A stretch of DNA of 32,338 nucleotides from Octopus bimaculoides (GCF_001194135.2 NC_068982.1:50932148-50964485), one strand, 5' to 3'. Positions 22,061 to 32,338 are shown, counted from the stretch's first letter. Made by a program: numbers and translations. Notes: a model not told the origin generated them from the letters alone.

Positions 22061-22934
22061 CAACTTTGCAGTAGATTCAGAAGAAAAATTTGCAATGCCT
22101 CTAAATAGCTCATACAGTTTTTATGTGGGGCTAAATGTCTCCGATGTTTATCTCACCTGAGAACTGATTGAAAAAAATATAATTAATTCCTTGCAGAGTT
22201 TAGGTAGATTTGAGGCTGAAGCTACAGGAGGCAATGTAGAAATCACACAACTTGATTTACTACTGATAATGTTTTGAATAAACTACAGTAATTTCAAAGA
22301 ATTGCGAACTTTAATAATGAAAATCATTTGAATTTGGAGTAGTAATGGTGCATACGATGAGGATGCTGGCCAAGACGGCACACATGATGCTGTCACGCAA
22401 ACGAAAGAATTCGTGGCGGGGGAGGTATAATCAAAAGCAGATGATAATGCAAGCAGACAGACAGACAGACAGACAGACAGAGACAGAGAGAGAGAGAGCA
22501 AGTAAGAAAACAAGTTGAAAATGCAGTCAGCAGCTATGTGGTCATGCACAAAGGAAAGAAGAAAATGAAGACAAGTATTCCATTTTAGAACATTTAAAAA
22601 AAAATATATATAACAAATTTATTTATTTTGCATATGCTGATACAGGTCAATAGATTTGTAAAACACAACTATGTCACTTTATTAATTTATTTCTATCGAT
22701 TTTAATGTGCCTTCTTTTTTTTTTTCGGTGAGATATACGAGAAAATTCAAAATTTAATATTTTTCTGAGTCTAGATACCAGCCTGCAATTTTATATGTAT
22801 TTATACATACGAATACTGATACTATGGTGTATTTGTGATACTGTTTCGTATCTCCCGCACTAATCCGGCTACTCCTGTATGTGCGTGTTTGCAACATATA
22901 CATGTGTGTATGTGTGTGCTTTTTGTGAGTGTGT

Positions 22935-22977
<43 letters not shown>

Positions 22978-22983
22978 CATTAT

Positions 22984-23540
22984 TGAGTGAGAGAGCAGTG
23001 CATGCCATCAAAGTGACACCGGGGTAAAATATACGAAGCCCAGTATACCCATCATGACTACCCGTCTGATAAGGGTACACCAGGCACATGCATCATAACC
23101 ATGTGTGCGCGACATGGTGATCTCATATCAAGATAAACAACGCATGACCTCGCAGGTGGGGCCCAGTTAGAATTTTCTTCAGGTCGAGTAGCCCATCCCG
23201 CTCAAAAGGTCCCTGAATAAGGTTTGTTTAAGGATGCTGAACAAAACACCCATGTTTCCAAAGGTGAATTATTCAAACCCCAAAGAATTCCTCTCAACAC
23301 ATGGCTATGATGCTCCCCCACTACTTCTGCTCATGATCAGAGATGCACATATCATCAGCCACGAAGGGACATGCTCAACTGGTTAAGGTCAAACAACTGA
23401 CAAGCAAATCTGTGGTATTAAGCAGAATATTTGCTGTAGCCCATCTTTTTATACCAAGACAAAACAATGTACATGATAACACTTCCAATCAATTAAGATC
23501 AGAAGCCATGAGAGCCACTGCCTGGTACTGCATCCGGGCA
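22984..23540. repeat. ~560-bp interspersed repeat flanked on both sides by (TAT)n
   Basis: Non-coding block between (TAT)n tracts. Recalled as an abundant octopus repeat, but only one copy is in the window. Confidence 0.55.
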
Positions 23541-23737
23541 TATTATTATTATTAGTATTAGTATTATTGTTATTATTATTATCATTCTATATCTACATAC
23601 ACACATATGAGTGAACAAACGAAATAAACAATCAATACATTGGGTATGAGTTATTCTTAATAAGTTTTACTGAGCACCGCATGACTTAAAGTTTCGTGGG
23701 TGTCAGGGTACAACCATTGCACCAGATGCTGTATGTT

Positions 23738-24660
23738 TTGGGTCACCTCATAAATAATGCGCTTTTTTATACTTCTTTTATTTTTCAAAATTAAGAATAC
23801 AAAGTTCTTTATTAATCTAAAATATACTCTCCTTCATTTTCTACAATGCTCTTCAATCTATCTGGTAGACTTGTAAAGCCCCTGTTCTAAAATTCACTTG
23901 TCCGTGACGAAAAATACTCCTCCAGTACTACTCTAACCTCGTCTACAGAATTCATAATTTTTCCGTCCAAATGAGTTTGAGGGCTGCAGAATAAATGATA
24001 ATCAGATGGAGCAATGTCCGGCGAATATGGTGTGTGAGGCATCGTTTCCCATTCAAACTGCTCCAGCCTTTGGAATGTCATCCTCGCTGTATGTGGCCGA
24101 GCATTATCTTGATGGAAGAACACCTTTCGTCTTGAACCCAAAGGTGGTCATTTTTCGATGGTACGCAGGTGTCTATGAATGGTTGAATGACTAAATCCAA
24201 GCTTCTCAACTAGTTCCTCAAAAGTTACGATGGGATTTTGTTCCACCAGGGTGTGCAGGACGTCCTCGTCGAGCTCTAAAGATCCTCCAGGACAAGGCTC
24301 GTCTTCTAGGCTGTAGTTTCTGACTCGGAATTTCTGGAACCCCTGCTGACACTGGCTTACGCTTATTGTCTGATCCTCATATACTGCATTAACATTCCTC
24401 ACACTTTCCGTTGCGTTGTTGCTTTTATTGGATTCATAAAGCAAAATATACCGAATATGCTCCTTGGTCACTTCTATTATAGCTTTGAAAAAACAACTGC
24501 TAAAATCGATTTGCACTCATCAAAACCTGCACTAAGAATAAGTACTAGGTAAAATTACCACCTGCTTTTATAGCAAGCTGATGCAAGTAGTTTATCCCGT
24601 CCCCCCTCCGGTTTTTAGTTCATGCAATTGAAAAAACCGCATTATTTATGGGATGACCCA

Positions 24661-24661
<1 letters not shown>
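23738..24661 (-). mobile_element. mariner (DD34D) transposon with both TIRs and an internal deletion
   Basis: TIRs TTGGGTCACCTCATAAATAATGCG / CGCATTATTTATGGGATGACCCAA-TA. N-terminal HTH (EHIRYILLYE...STIHRHL) is joined directly to FHQDNARPH...PYSPDIAPSDYHLF (34 residues between the Ds). WVPHEL and the first D are deleted. Confidence 0.95.
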
Positions 24662-24691
<30 letters not shown>

Positions 24692-24794
24692 TATATATGT
24701 ATGTATATAGCTGAGTTTCTGTTTCAATGTACTTGTGTAAACCGGTGCGTAGATTTGAGTCCTTCTCTGTCAAAAACGTAACAGAGCAATTCGA

Positions 24795-24873
24795 AAGCTT
24801 GATACTAAGCCTATCGATACTATCGATTCGGAAGCTTGATACTAAGCCTATCGATAGGCTTAGTATCAAGCTT
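24795..24873. repeat. Perfect 42-bp palindrome (24832-24873) preceded by a 25-bp direct copy
   Basis: AAGCTTGATACTAAGCCTATCGATAGGCTTAGTATCAAGCTT is self-complementary. 24795-24819 repeats its first 25 nt. Confidence 0.95.
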
Positions 24874-24949
24874 AAATAAATATTGGTGGTCGATTGGTCG
24901 TAATGTTTTGGCTATAACACTTGAAGACAGTGCCTTAAGCATGCGCAGT

Positions 24950-25268
24950 GAAGGCGCATGGCTCAGTGGCTAGAGCGTCGAGCTTACGATCGTGAGGCTG
25001 TGAATTCGAATCTCGGACCGGGCTGCGTGTTGTGTTCTTGAGCAAGATACTTTATTTCACGTTGCTCCAGTTAACTCAGCTGTAGAAATAAATTGCCAAG
25101 CTGTATCGGCCCTTGCCTTTCCTTTGGATAACATCGGTGGCGTGGAGAGGGGAAGCTGGTATGCATGGGCGACTGCTGGTATTCCGTAAACAACCTTGCC
25201 AGGACTTGTGCCTGGCAGGGTAACTTTCTAGGTGCAATCCCATGGTCAGTCATGACCGAAGGGGGTCT
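24950..25268 (+). mobile_element. tRNA-derived SINE with CORE-like domain
   Basis: A-box TGGCTCAGTGG, B-box AATTCGAATC, then TTGTGTTCTTGAGCAAG...CTCCAGTT..CTCAGCTGTAGAAAT resembling the CORE-SINE domain. Confidence 0.85.
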
Positions 25269-25289
25269 CAACAAAAAGCATGCACACAG

Positions 25290-25620
25290 TTCGAACAAGT
25301 CGACCCCTCTACTTATTCTTAAGCCTGGTACTTACTCTATCGGTCTTTTTTACCGAGCCACTAAGTTACTGGGATGTAAACAAGCCAACACCAGTTGTCT
25401 AGCGGTGGTGGCGAACAAACATAAATACACACATACGCGCGCATAGATATACATACACGCATTTATAAATACGACGGGCTTCTTTCAGTTTCCGCCTACC
25501 AAATCAATGCACATGGCTTTGTGGACGGCCCGAAGCTATAGCAGAGGACAAGTGTCCAAGGTGTAATCCAGTGGTACTGAACCTGGAACCAAACTTCTTA
25601 CCACACTGCTACGTCTGCAT
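25290..25620 (-). mobile_element. SINE (family of 27764-28178), tail-to-tail with the preceding SINE
   Basis: Colinear reverse-complement similarity to 27780-28100. Confidence 0.8.
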
Positions 25621-25633
25621 CTGTATGTATATA

Positions 25634-25854
25634 CGAGTAGGTGCTGAAAAGTTCCAGGCTTTTTTTTTTAATTAAAGAAAAGACAGGAGAATCTGATAAA
25701 ATATGATTTTATTCCACATATTTCCCTCTCAGATGCACACACTTATTGCAGCGGTCCTTCCGTTTTTCTAAGTGCTGTAAAAGATCTCAGAAGCTTGGGC
25801 ATCCAACAAGGACTTTCCTGACACCCTTAGAGCCAGGAACTTTTCAGCACCCTG
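25634..25854 (-). mobile_element. Mariner-derived MITE with both TIRs
   Basis: GGTGCTGAAAAGTTCCAGGCT ... AGCCAGGAACTTTTCAGCACC with TA at 25632-25633. Homologous to 3028-3212. Confidence 0.9.
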
Positions 25855-25874
25855 ACTCCACCACCACCACCACC

Positions 25875-25972
25875 ACCATAGACAGACATACATACTGGCA
25901 GGCAGGCAGGCATATAGACAGACAGGCAGAAAGACAGACAGGCACAGACAGACAGACAGACAGAAGGCAGGC

Positions 25973-26004
<32 letters not shown>

Positions 26005-26039
26005 TGATAGACAGACAGACAGATAGATAGATAGATAGG

Positions 26040-26096
<57 letters not shown>

Positions 26097-26098
26097 GT
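25875..26098. repeat. Compound (GACA)/(GATA)n microsatellite
   Basis: Direct tetranucleotide runs. Confidence 0.95.
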
Positions 26099-26336
26099 GT
26101 GTGTATGCATTTATCTATATCAGCCTATCTATCCACCAAACTTTCTGCTATTTATTTAATGTATTTAATGTAAATATCAATGTTTACGTATAATTTTTAA
26201 GTGTGTATTTTTAGTTATGCGAGCATATTGTTTCCCACTGTCAACAGAGGAATGAATTACAAGTGTTCTCTTTTCTGCTTTTTATAATTTATAATATTTC
26301 TATTGATAAGGGACAAATTTGTTCTTCCTACTGTAG

Positions 26337-26417
26337 TCTTTGGTCAGTTTCAAAACGTTAGCATTCTTTTACTTTGAAAATACTACTGAAGGACAATACG
26401 TTAATGATTCAGTTAAA
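26337..26417 (+). CDS. Candidate 81-nt exon (SLVSFKTLAFFYFENTTEGQYVNDSVK)
   Basis: Good acceptor ttgttcttcctactgtag|, weak donor aaa|GTGGGG, 27 open codons. No homology recognised. Confidence 0.2.
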
Positions 26418-26762
26418 GTGGGGTTTTTTTTTTTGCTTTTTGGGTTTTTTTATCTCTTATACTTAAACAACGATGTTTTCTTTACTATTAAATTCTACTT
26501 TGACATTTCCTCAGCTCACAGACGGCACACAGTTGTGAAAACACTACTCCCAAAACTGTTCCTATTAGTTTACACACACATACACGCATACACACACACA
26601 CACACACATACACACAACACACACACACACACACACGCACACGCACACGCAGATACACGCACATATGCTCACGTACGCACGCATACGGACACACACATAC
26701 ATTTATATGTATATATGTATTCATGGACAGACAGATAGACAAACAGACAGACAAACAGACAC

Positions 26763-26804
<42 letters not shown>

Positions 26805-26831
26805 GACTAATTGACAGACAGACAGATAGAC

Positions 26832-26876
<45 letters not shown>

Positions 26877-27160
26877 CATTTCTTTTATTAGCCACACAGG
26901 GCTCAACACAGATGGGACAAATACAATGTAGAGCTTTTCTTTTTGGGAGGGGGAAGGAGAGAAAAAAAGGGGGGGTCGATCAAAAGGGATCGTAGGAAAG
27001 AAAAAGTGGGGAGTTCGATCAAAAGGGATCGGGGGAAAAAAAAGCGATCAATAGGGAACGTGTATCACAGTAATGTTCTCGTGTAAAAAAGGGGAGGACA
27101 GTTTAGGTTTAGCCGTGGAAAGAAAAGCCTACGGAAAAGACCACGGTAACCTTGGTCAGA
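26877..27160 (-). mobile_element. LINE-like 3' UTR ending in AATAAA and a (TATC)n tail
   Basis: Pyrimidine-rich sense strand, AATAAA at 26884-26889, directly followed by the (GATA)/(GACA) tract at 26720-26876. Confidence 0.55.
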
Positions 27161-27629
27161 CAGAAAAAGAGAGAAAGTATAAAGTCATCTGTCTCTTTGC
27201 GTATGATGACCATCATCATCATGATCATGATGAAGACGATCTGAGTTAAAGACTGATCAGCTCATCAAAATTGAAAAAAAAAAACCTTTAACTTTTCCTA
27301 TTTTGGAAAAAAATATGCTTTTATATAAGTTTTTCTCTAGGTTGAAAACGACTAAAACTTAGAATCTAAGAACATATTTCATTCTTATTTTGAGAATTGA
27401 ATATAAAAGATTATATGATTCTCTTATTAATATGTCTCCGCCCATGAATTGGACTCCCCTGTCGGAGAAAACAGAGGGTTCCGCAATTTTTTGCTGAACA
27501 ACGTGCACGACTGGTTGTTTAGTTAGTGATCAAATGTATATGCTGTATACTATCTCCCCCCCCCCTCTATCAAATCAACGTTGCCTGTACAATTACACAG
27601 TATGCCGCACGTCAGATATCGAAGTGATG

Positions 27630-27747
27630 GCAGAGCAACGTAAAATGAAATCTTTTGCTCAAAAACACAATGCACCACCCAATCCTAGAATCGAAATCAC
27701 GATCGTGAGATAGTGAGTGCAACGCTCTATCCACTAGGCTATGTCCT
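27630..27747 (-). mobile_element. CORE-like SINE 5' part
   Basis: Reverse complement AGCCTAGTGG...ATTTCGATTC...TTGTGTTTTTGAGCAAAAG, similar to 32017-32153. Confidence 0.8.
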
Positions 27748-27763
27748 TTTGGAATAAGTCTAT

Positions 27764-28178
27764 AGAGGCGCAGTAGTGGCTGCGTGGTAAGTAGCTTGCT
27801 TACCAACCACATGATTCCGGGTTCAGCCCCACTGCGTGGCACCTTGAGCAAGTGTCTTCTACTACAGCCTCGGGCCGACCAAAGCCTTCTGAGTGGATTT
27901 GGTAGACGGAAACTGAAAGAAGCCCGTCGTATATATGTATATGTATATATATGTGTGTTTGTGTGTCAGTGTTTGCCCCCCCAACATCGCTTGACAACCG
28001 ATGCTGGTGTGTTTAGGTCCCCGTAACTTAGCGGTTCGGCAAAACAGACCGATAGAATAAGTACTAAGCTTACAAAGAATAAGTCCTGGGGTCGATTTGC
28101 TCGACTAAAGGCGGTGCTCCAGCATGGCCGCAGCCAAATGACTGAAACAAGTAAAAGAGTAAAAGAGTAAAGAGAGAG
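27764..28178 (+). mobile_element. Near full-length tRNA-derived SINE with internal (TA/TG)n and (GTAAAAGA)n tail
   Basis: A-box-like TGGCTGCGTGG, B-box-like GGTTCAGCCC, tandem tail. Several other copies in the window. Confidence 0.9.
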
Positions 28179-28319
28179 ATATAAAAGAGTAGTAAAGTCG
28201 ATTTAACTTACCTCAGTAATTGACTGCTACTTCTTTTATTGCACTTACTTATTGAGTCCTTAAGGCATGGTTTTGACACAACGGAACATATCTTGACACG
28301 CAGGTTAATAGTAAATTAA

Positions 28320-28374
28320 TTACAGACACAGGAAGTGAGTACTTCTGCAAGAGTACATCACTTCCGACCTGTAA
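28320..28374. other. ~55-nt stem-loop (pre-miRNA-like or MITE-derived)
   Basis: TTACAG/CTGTAA, GGAAGTGA/TCACTTCC, GTAC/GTAC and TCT/AGA stems. Confidence 0.4.
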
Positions 28375-28619
28375 ACTGTTTTCATTTCTTTTGAGTACTT
28401 AGCTGATTTATTTTTATTTTTATTTATTTATTTATTTATTGTCTGCTACTGTTTTATCGATGTTGCCTGAGTGATGTAATACAAAAACAGACACCTCCAC
28501 TAGTCCTAAACCTTCCCCCTTCTTTTGTTCTGACAAAACCTGCCAATATCGCAATTTCTTAGGAAGCTTCCAGTTGATATCAGGATCTTGTAGGTTTTCA
28601 TATCTATGGAGCGAATAAT

Positions 28620-28799
28620 GCAACAATCTGGAAGAATCGGTAGCATGCCGGGCAAAATGCTTAGCCGCATTTCGCCCGTCTTTACGTTCTGGGTTCAAAT
28701 TCCACTTTCAAGGTCGACTTTGCCTTTCATCCGTTTCGGAGTCGATGAAATAAGTATCAGTCGAGCACTGGGGTCGATGTAATCGACTTACCCCCCTCA
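28620..28799 (+). mobile_element. tRNA-derived SINE inserted in the R4-like RT, with a ~20-bp diverged TSD
   Basis: B-box GGTTCAAATT. Flanks 28600-28619 and 28800-28819 match at 16/20. Confidence 0.85.
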
Positions 28800-29364
28800 A
28801 TATCTAAGTAGTGAATATTCTCTACATTCCAGTCAAGTATTCCAAACGTTGGTATCAGCTCTGGAACTCTACAAAAGCACTGTGAGATATTACCATGTTG
28901 TAAGGAGAAAACTCTGTCATATTTTAAGCTTTGTATAATATTTTCTGGATACTCCATCTGTATTTATAGTAACGCTATATGATACATTTTCATTAATACC
29001 TAGGTATTTGTAGCACTTGTTATGTGAAGCGAGAGATGTAGAGAAACTATTCATGTGAAGGTCTGGGGTCAGAGAAAGTGTTTCAACGATCAACTCGCAA
29101 ATGTGCATATTCCTTCTGGTCAAATCTCATCTTTACAGCAGTAGAAAATGTCACTAAATCCCACAGTTCTTCGGCATAAATCTTTAGAAATCGTTTACTT
29201 GGGAATTATTTATTACATTAGTTGTCTTTTACTGAACCCAACGCAACCACTAGACTTCTTTTTTGTAAGAGAAATTACAAGGGATTTAGTATCAAAATAA
29301 GTAAAACAGACAGTCTGCCGCCTTGGAATATTCCTTTGAGAGGTTTATAACACCACAGCATAAA

Positions 29365-29475
29365 GACGCACGGCCTCGTGATTTGAGCGTTCGGTTCAAT
29401 TCTTGATCCGAGCGCGGCGCGTTGTGTTCGTGAACGAAGTATTTTGTTTCTCTCATCTCCAGTCTACTCAACCGC
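29365..29475 (+). mobile_element. Degenerate CORE-like SINE fragment inside the R4-like RT
   Basis: GGTTCAATTC followed by GCGTTGTGTTCGTGAACGAAG...CTCCAGTCTACTCA. Confidence 0.6.
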
Positions 29476-29500
29476 TATCGATGTCAGTCGGATACCAGTG

Positions 29501-29540
<40 letters not shown>

Positions 29541-30524
29541 TCTTTCTCTCTCTCTCTCCACTTATCACATCTGTAAGGTAGTGTTTTCTTCTCTTTTGAG
29601 GAGTCGTTGGTTTATTTCTTCTTTCCGTTGTTGATCAGTAGATGCTATTTGAGTAATATATAAGAGTTCCAAGGTTGGATCAACAGCAAGAACGATGCAA
29701 AGCTGGCTTTTTGTCAACTCACGGCTGAAACTATAGTGCGAGTGACGGGCTGTACGTATCGCACCAGTGACAATTGTTTTGCTTTCAGTTACGAAACAAG
29801 CATAGTTGACCGGGTCTTTGTGAGCATTTTAATGATAGCAGCAAAGGTAATATTTTAGCAAGTGCAATGTATTTAGTAACCATGAATGGGAAATAGAATA
29901 GTACACCTTTCTATAATCAAGTAATACTATCACAATATTTCGGTGATGCTGTCTTACATCAGACAGCACATAATATTTTTACAGATCTTCAACACATCTG
30001 CACACTCCCTTCTTTTCAACTGCATGTTAATCAGTTACCACTTGGCTGGACTATCAGTGGTCTTAGATAAATTGGATGAGGCTGCTTGTGTAAAGTTTAT
30101 ATATTATGCTTAGGTAAGCAAAGGGCCTATAGTTGTTTTTTGTTTTTTTTACTTCTTTGCCAAATCAATGTTTTCATTCTTGGCTCCAACATTTATTCGT
30201 GCTCTGGAAAACCGATTAGATACACCAATCTTCCTTTACTTCCACCGTTCTTGAATAAACATATTAGTGACTTTCTGCATAATATCAACATCTTGCCCCG
30301 GTATCAAACTATTAGCTTCGGCCATGAGTATATGTACTTATGTATGCATAGATGAATGTATACATAGAACTGATGAATGGGTGAATGCATATATGTAGTT
30401 ACTTAGCCTTAAGTATTACCTAATCTATCATTCGACCCGTAAACACACCATCTTTCATGAGTATGTAGGAAATTATCTAATGTGCTATTTCTTTATTTAA
30501 AATAGTATAGAGGTTATCACACTG

Positions 30525-30643
30525 ACTTGTTTATGTATGTGTTTATGTAATTGTAACTGTGTATGTGTGTGAGAGAGAGAGTGTGTGTGTGTATGTGTAT
30601 GTGAGAGAGTGTGTTGTGCGTGTGTGTGTGTGTGCGTGCGTGC

Positions 30644-30693
<50 letters not shown>

Positions 30694-30735
30694 GTGTGCG
30701 TGCGTGTGTGTGTGTTCTTGTACGTACGTGTATAT
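30525..30735. repeat. Compound (TG)n/(TGCG)n microsatellite
   Basis: Direct runs. Confidence 0.9.
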
Positions 30736-30749
30736 ACTATATTCAAAAT

Positions 30750-30805
30750 CGGATGGCCGAGTGATTAACAAGTTCACTATGCTGTCCTGGTTCGACCTAT
30801 GCCGT
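30750..30805 (+). pseudogene. tRNA-like fragment (A-box TGGCCGAGTGA, B-box GGTTCGACC)
   Basis: Both boxes are present, but no complete cloverleaf could be folded by eye. Confidence 0.4.
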
Positions 30806-31469
30806 AATTTGAAATTAGAACTTGATATAGAATTTACCCATCCCTACGTGTGAAAATGGTTTGTTTCGAGCATGCAGTTTCAATGTTATTTTGTATGAGT
30901 GTAAGCATGTATACATGTATCTGTGTATGCAAGTATAAATGTATTCGTATATGAATACAAGTGTCTGTATGTAAATACGCACGCACAAGTTCAGAGACAC
31001 TCACATACAATGGCATACATATACATGGATAACTATAATTATGTACGAGAGAATAATTGGTGTCAGTTATGCTTGAAAGACTTGACAAATGATTGATTTC
31101 TTTCACTTATCCGTTTGCATTTAAAATCTATTTATGCTGTTGGTGGAGCGTTCTATGAGGATTTTGAATATCCGATTTGTCACGCCACTCTCAAAAATAA
31201 AGGTGTTTGACATATGAATAATTACTATTGAATGCTTTTGATTTAGGAATGCATGTCTTGTTAACACGAAATAATCTTGTTATGACATCTGTTACGGACT
31301 CATAAATAGTTCTATTCTTCAAGACGTGAGAGTTAGTTCTATTTAAAGCTTCCATAAAAAAAAAGTGTCAAATCTGAGCCAAAGACTCCTAATGGTTGAA
31401 TTTGGTTGAGATACCTCCACCATTTCTCCTGCTGTTAAAATTTCTTCTGTTAAAAGTGAAACATAGATT

Positions 31470-31535
31470 GAATCGTGGTTAAGGAGTTTGGTTCGTAACA
31501 TATAACTTCAAGTTCGATCTCGCTACAGGGCCTTC
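31470..31535 (+). mobile_element. Degenerate SINE head
   Basis: CGTGGTTAAGGAGTTTGG...AAGTTCGATCTC, similar to the 27764 family head. Confidence 0.55.
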
Positions 31536-31605
31536 TACTGTAAAGAGAGGTTGAGTAATTTCTTGTGAGTAGAATATAATAATCGAAAGCTTTGTAGATG
31601 CTTCT

Positions 31606-31639
<34 letters not shown>

Positions 31640-31642
31640 TAA

Positions 31643-31689
<47 letters not shown>

Positions 31690-31756
31690 TGTGTGTGTGT
31701 ATGTATATGTAGATATATACATACATACATACATACATACGTATATATATACATAT

Positions 31757-31797
<41 letters not shown>

Positions 31798-31895
31798 NNN
31801 NNNNNNNNNNNNNNNNNNNNNTATATATATGCATGTAAGTGTGCGTGTGTGTGTGTACATACACACACATAAGGCACCTCCACAAGGTCTCAGGT

Positions 31896-31927
<32 letters not shown>

Positions 31928-32016
31928 ATATGTATGTATGTATGTATGTATGCATGCATGTATGTATGTATGTATGTATGTATGCATGTATGTATGTTTG
32001 TATGCATGTATGTATA

Positions 32017-32153
32017 AAGGTGCGTGGCTAAGTGCTTAGGGTTTGCACTCACGATCGCAAGATCATGGTTTCGATTCCCGGACCGGGTGATGCATTGTGT
32101 TCTTGAGCAAAAGACTTCATTTCCCGTTGCTCCAGTTCCTTCAGCTGTAAATG
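32017..32153 (+). mobile_element. CORE-like tRNA-derived SINE 5' part
   Basis: A-box TGGCTAAGTGC, B-box GTTTCGATTCC, core TTGTGTTCTTGAGCAAAAG...CTCCAGTT..TTCAGCTGTAAATG. Confidence 0.85.
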
Positions 32154-32294
32154 AAAGGCAAGCCAAATCTAATATTCTCAATTTCGAATGCGATCATTTG
32201 AACATCTGACGTATGACACACGGTACACATGTACAGGAATCGTTGATTTGCTCGAATTTGCAGAACCCTCTTAACGACAAAAGAGTCCACCACA

Positions 32295-32338
<44 letters not shown>

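Larger units (their letters stand above)
28470..30330 (-). mobile_element. Decayed R4/Dong-like non-LTR reverse transcriptase, interrupted by insertions
   Basis: In order on the minus strand: IPGQD; RFSRARI...KNENIDLAK; LLDYRKVYYSISHSWLL; KGIFQGGRLSVLLILILNPL; VND.KIYA (degenerate xDD motif); CYKYLGINE; VPELIPTFGILDW; IDMKTYKIL...GEGLGL. Confidence 0.85.

Noticed and set aside
22157-22221. Minus-strand 65-nt exon-like segment (cctcctgtag|...CAG|GTGAGA)
   Set aside because: Good signals, but a single open frame with an unremarkable peptide and no further support; not distinguishable from a pseudo-exon.
24790-24875. Clustered HindIII and ClaI sites suggesting vector polylinker
   Set aside because: Order and spacers do not match a polylinker I know; the sites follow from the palindrome.
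29789-30113. Plus-strand exon-like pair (29789-29846, 29985-30113) with good splice signals
   Set aside because: The opposite strand encodes recognisable R4-like RT motifs here, which explains the sequence; the second segment also ends in a stop.
31100-31210. IYAVGG Kelch-like hexapeptide
   Set aside because: No acceptor site, remaining Kelch motif absent, short ORF.
20093-32153. tRNA-like A/B boxes as functional tRNA genes
   Set aside because: No complete cloverleaf, and each continues into SINE body sequence.
2095-32335. ORFs rich in HTHT, CVCV, YIYI, LSLS, DRQT
   Set aside because: Translations of microsatellites.

Overview
Repeat-saturated, AT-rich eukaryotic scaffold segment. The SINE families and microsatellite load suggest an octopus genome, but this is recognition from memory, not proof. 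It has twelve N gaps (1137-1249, 5017-5026, 6328-7097, 11359-11699, 15344-15674, 16678-17485, 17884-17985, 18334-18433, 18716-18725, 19836-19845, 20536-21478, 31798-31821). No host gene can be called with confidence; only isolated candidate small exons. DNA transposon content: decayed Tc1/mariner-superfamily elements (one maT DD37D, two mariner copies, a fold-back mariner, two mariner MITEs, a pogo/Tigger DD36D). Non-LTR content: RTE, R4/Dong-like RT, HERO-like RLE, a LINE 3' end, one apparently intact ~410-425 codon Gag-like ORF1 with a CCHC knuckle, and many tRNA-derived SINEs. The most interesting signal is four sequence-unrelated minimal type I hammerhead-ribozyme-like motifs (197-240 +, 1378-1423 -, 5093-5129 -, 16464-16502 +). 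All have a palindromic stem III, as in Penelope-like-element dimeric hammerheads. Two carry the compensatory U3-A8 core pair, and one sits downstream of a tRNA-like B-box. Structures were folded by eye; no activity is demonstrated.
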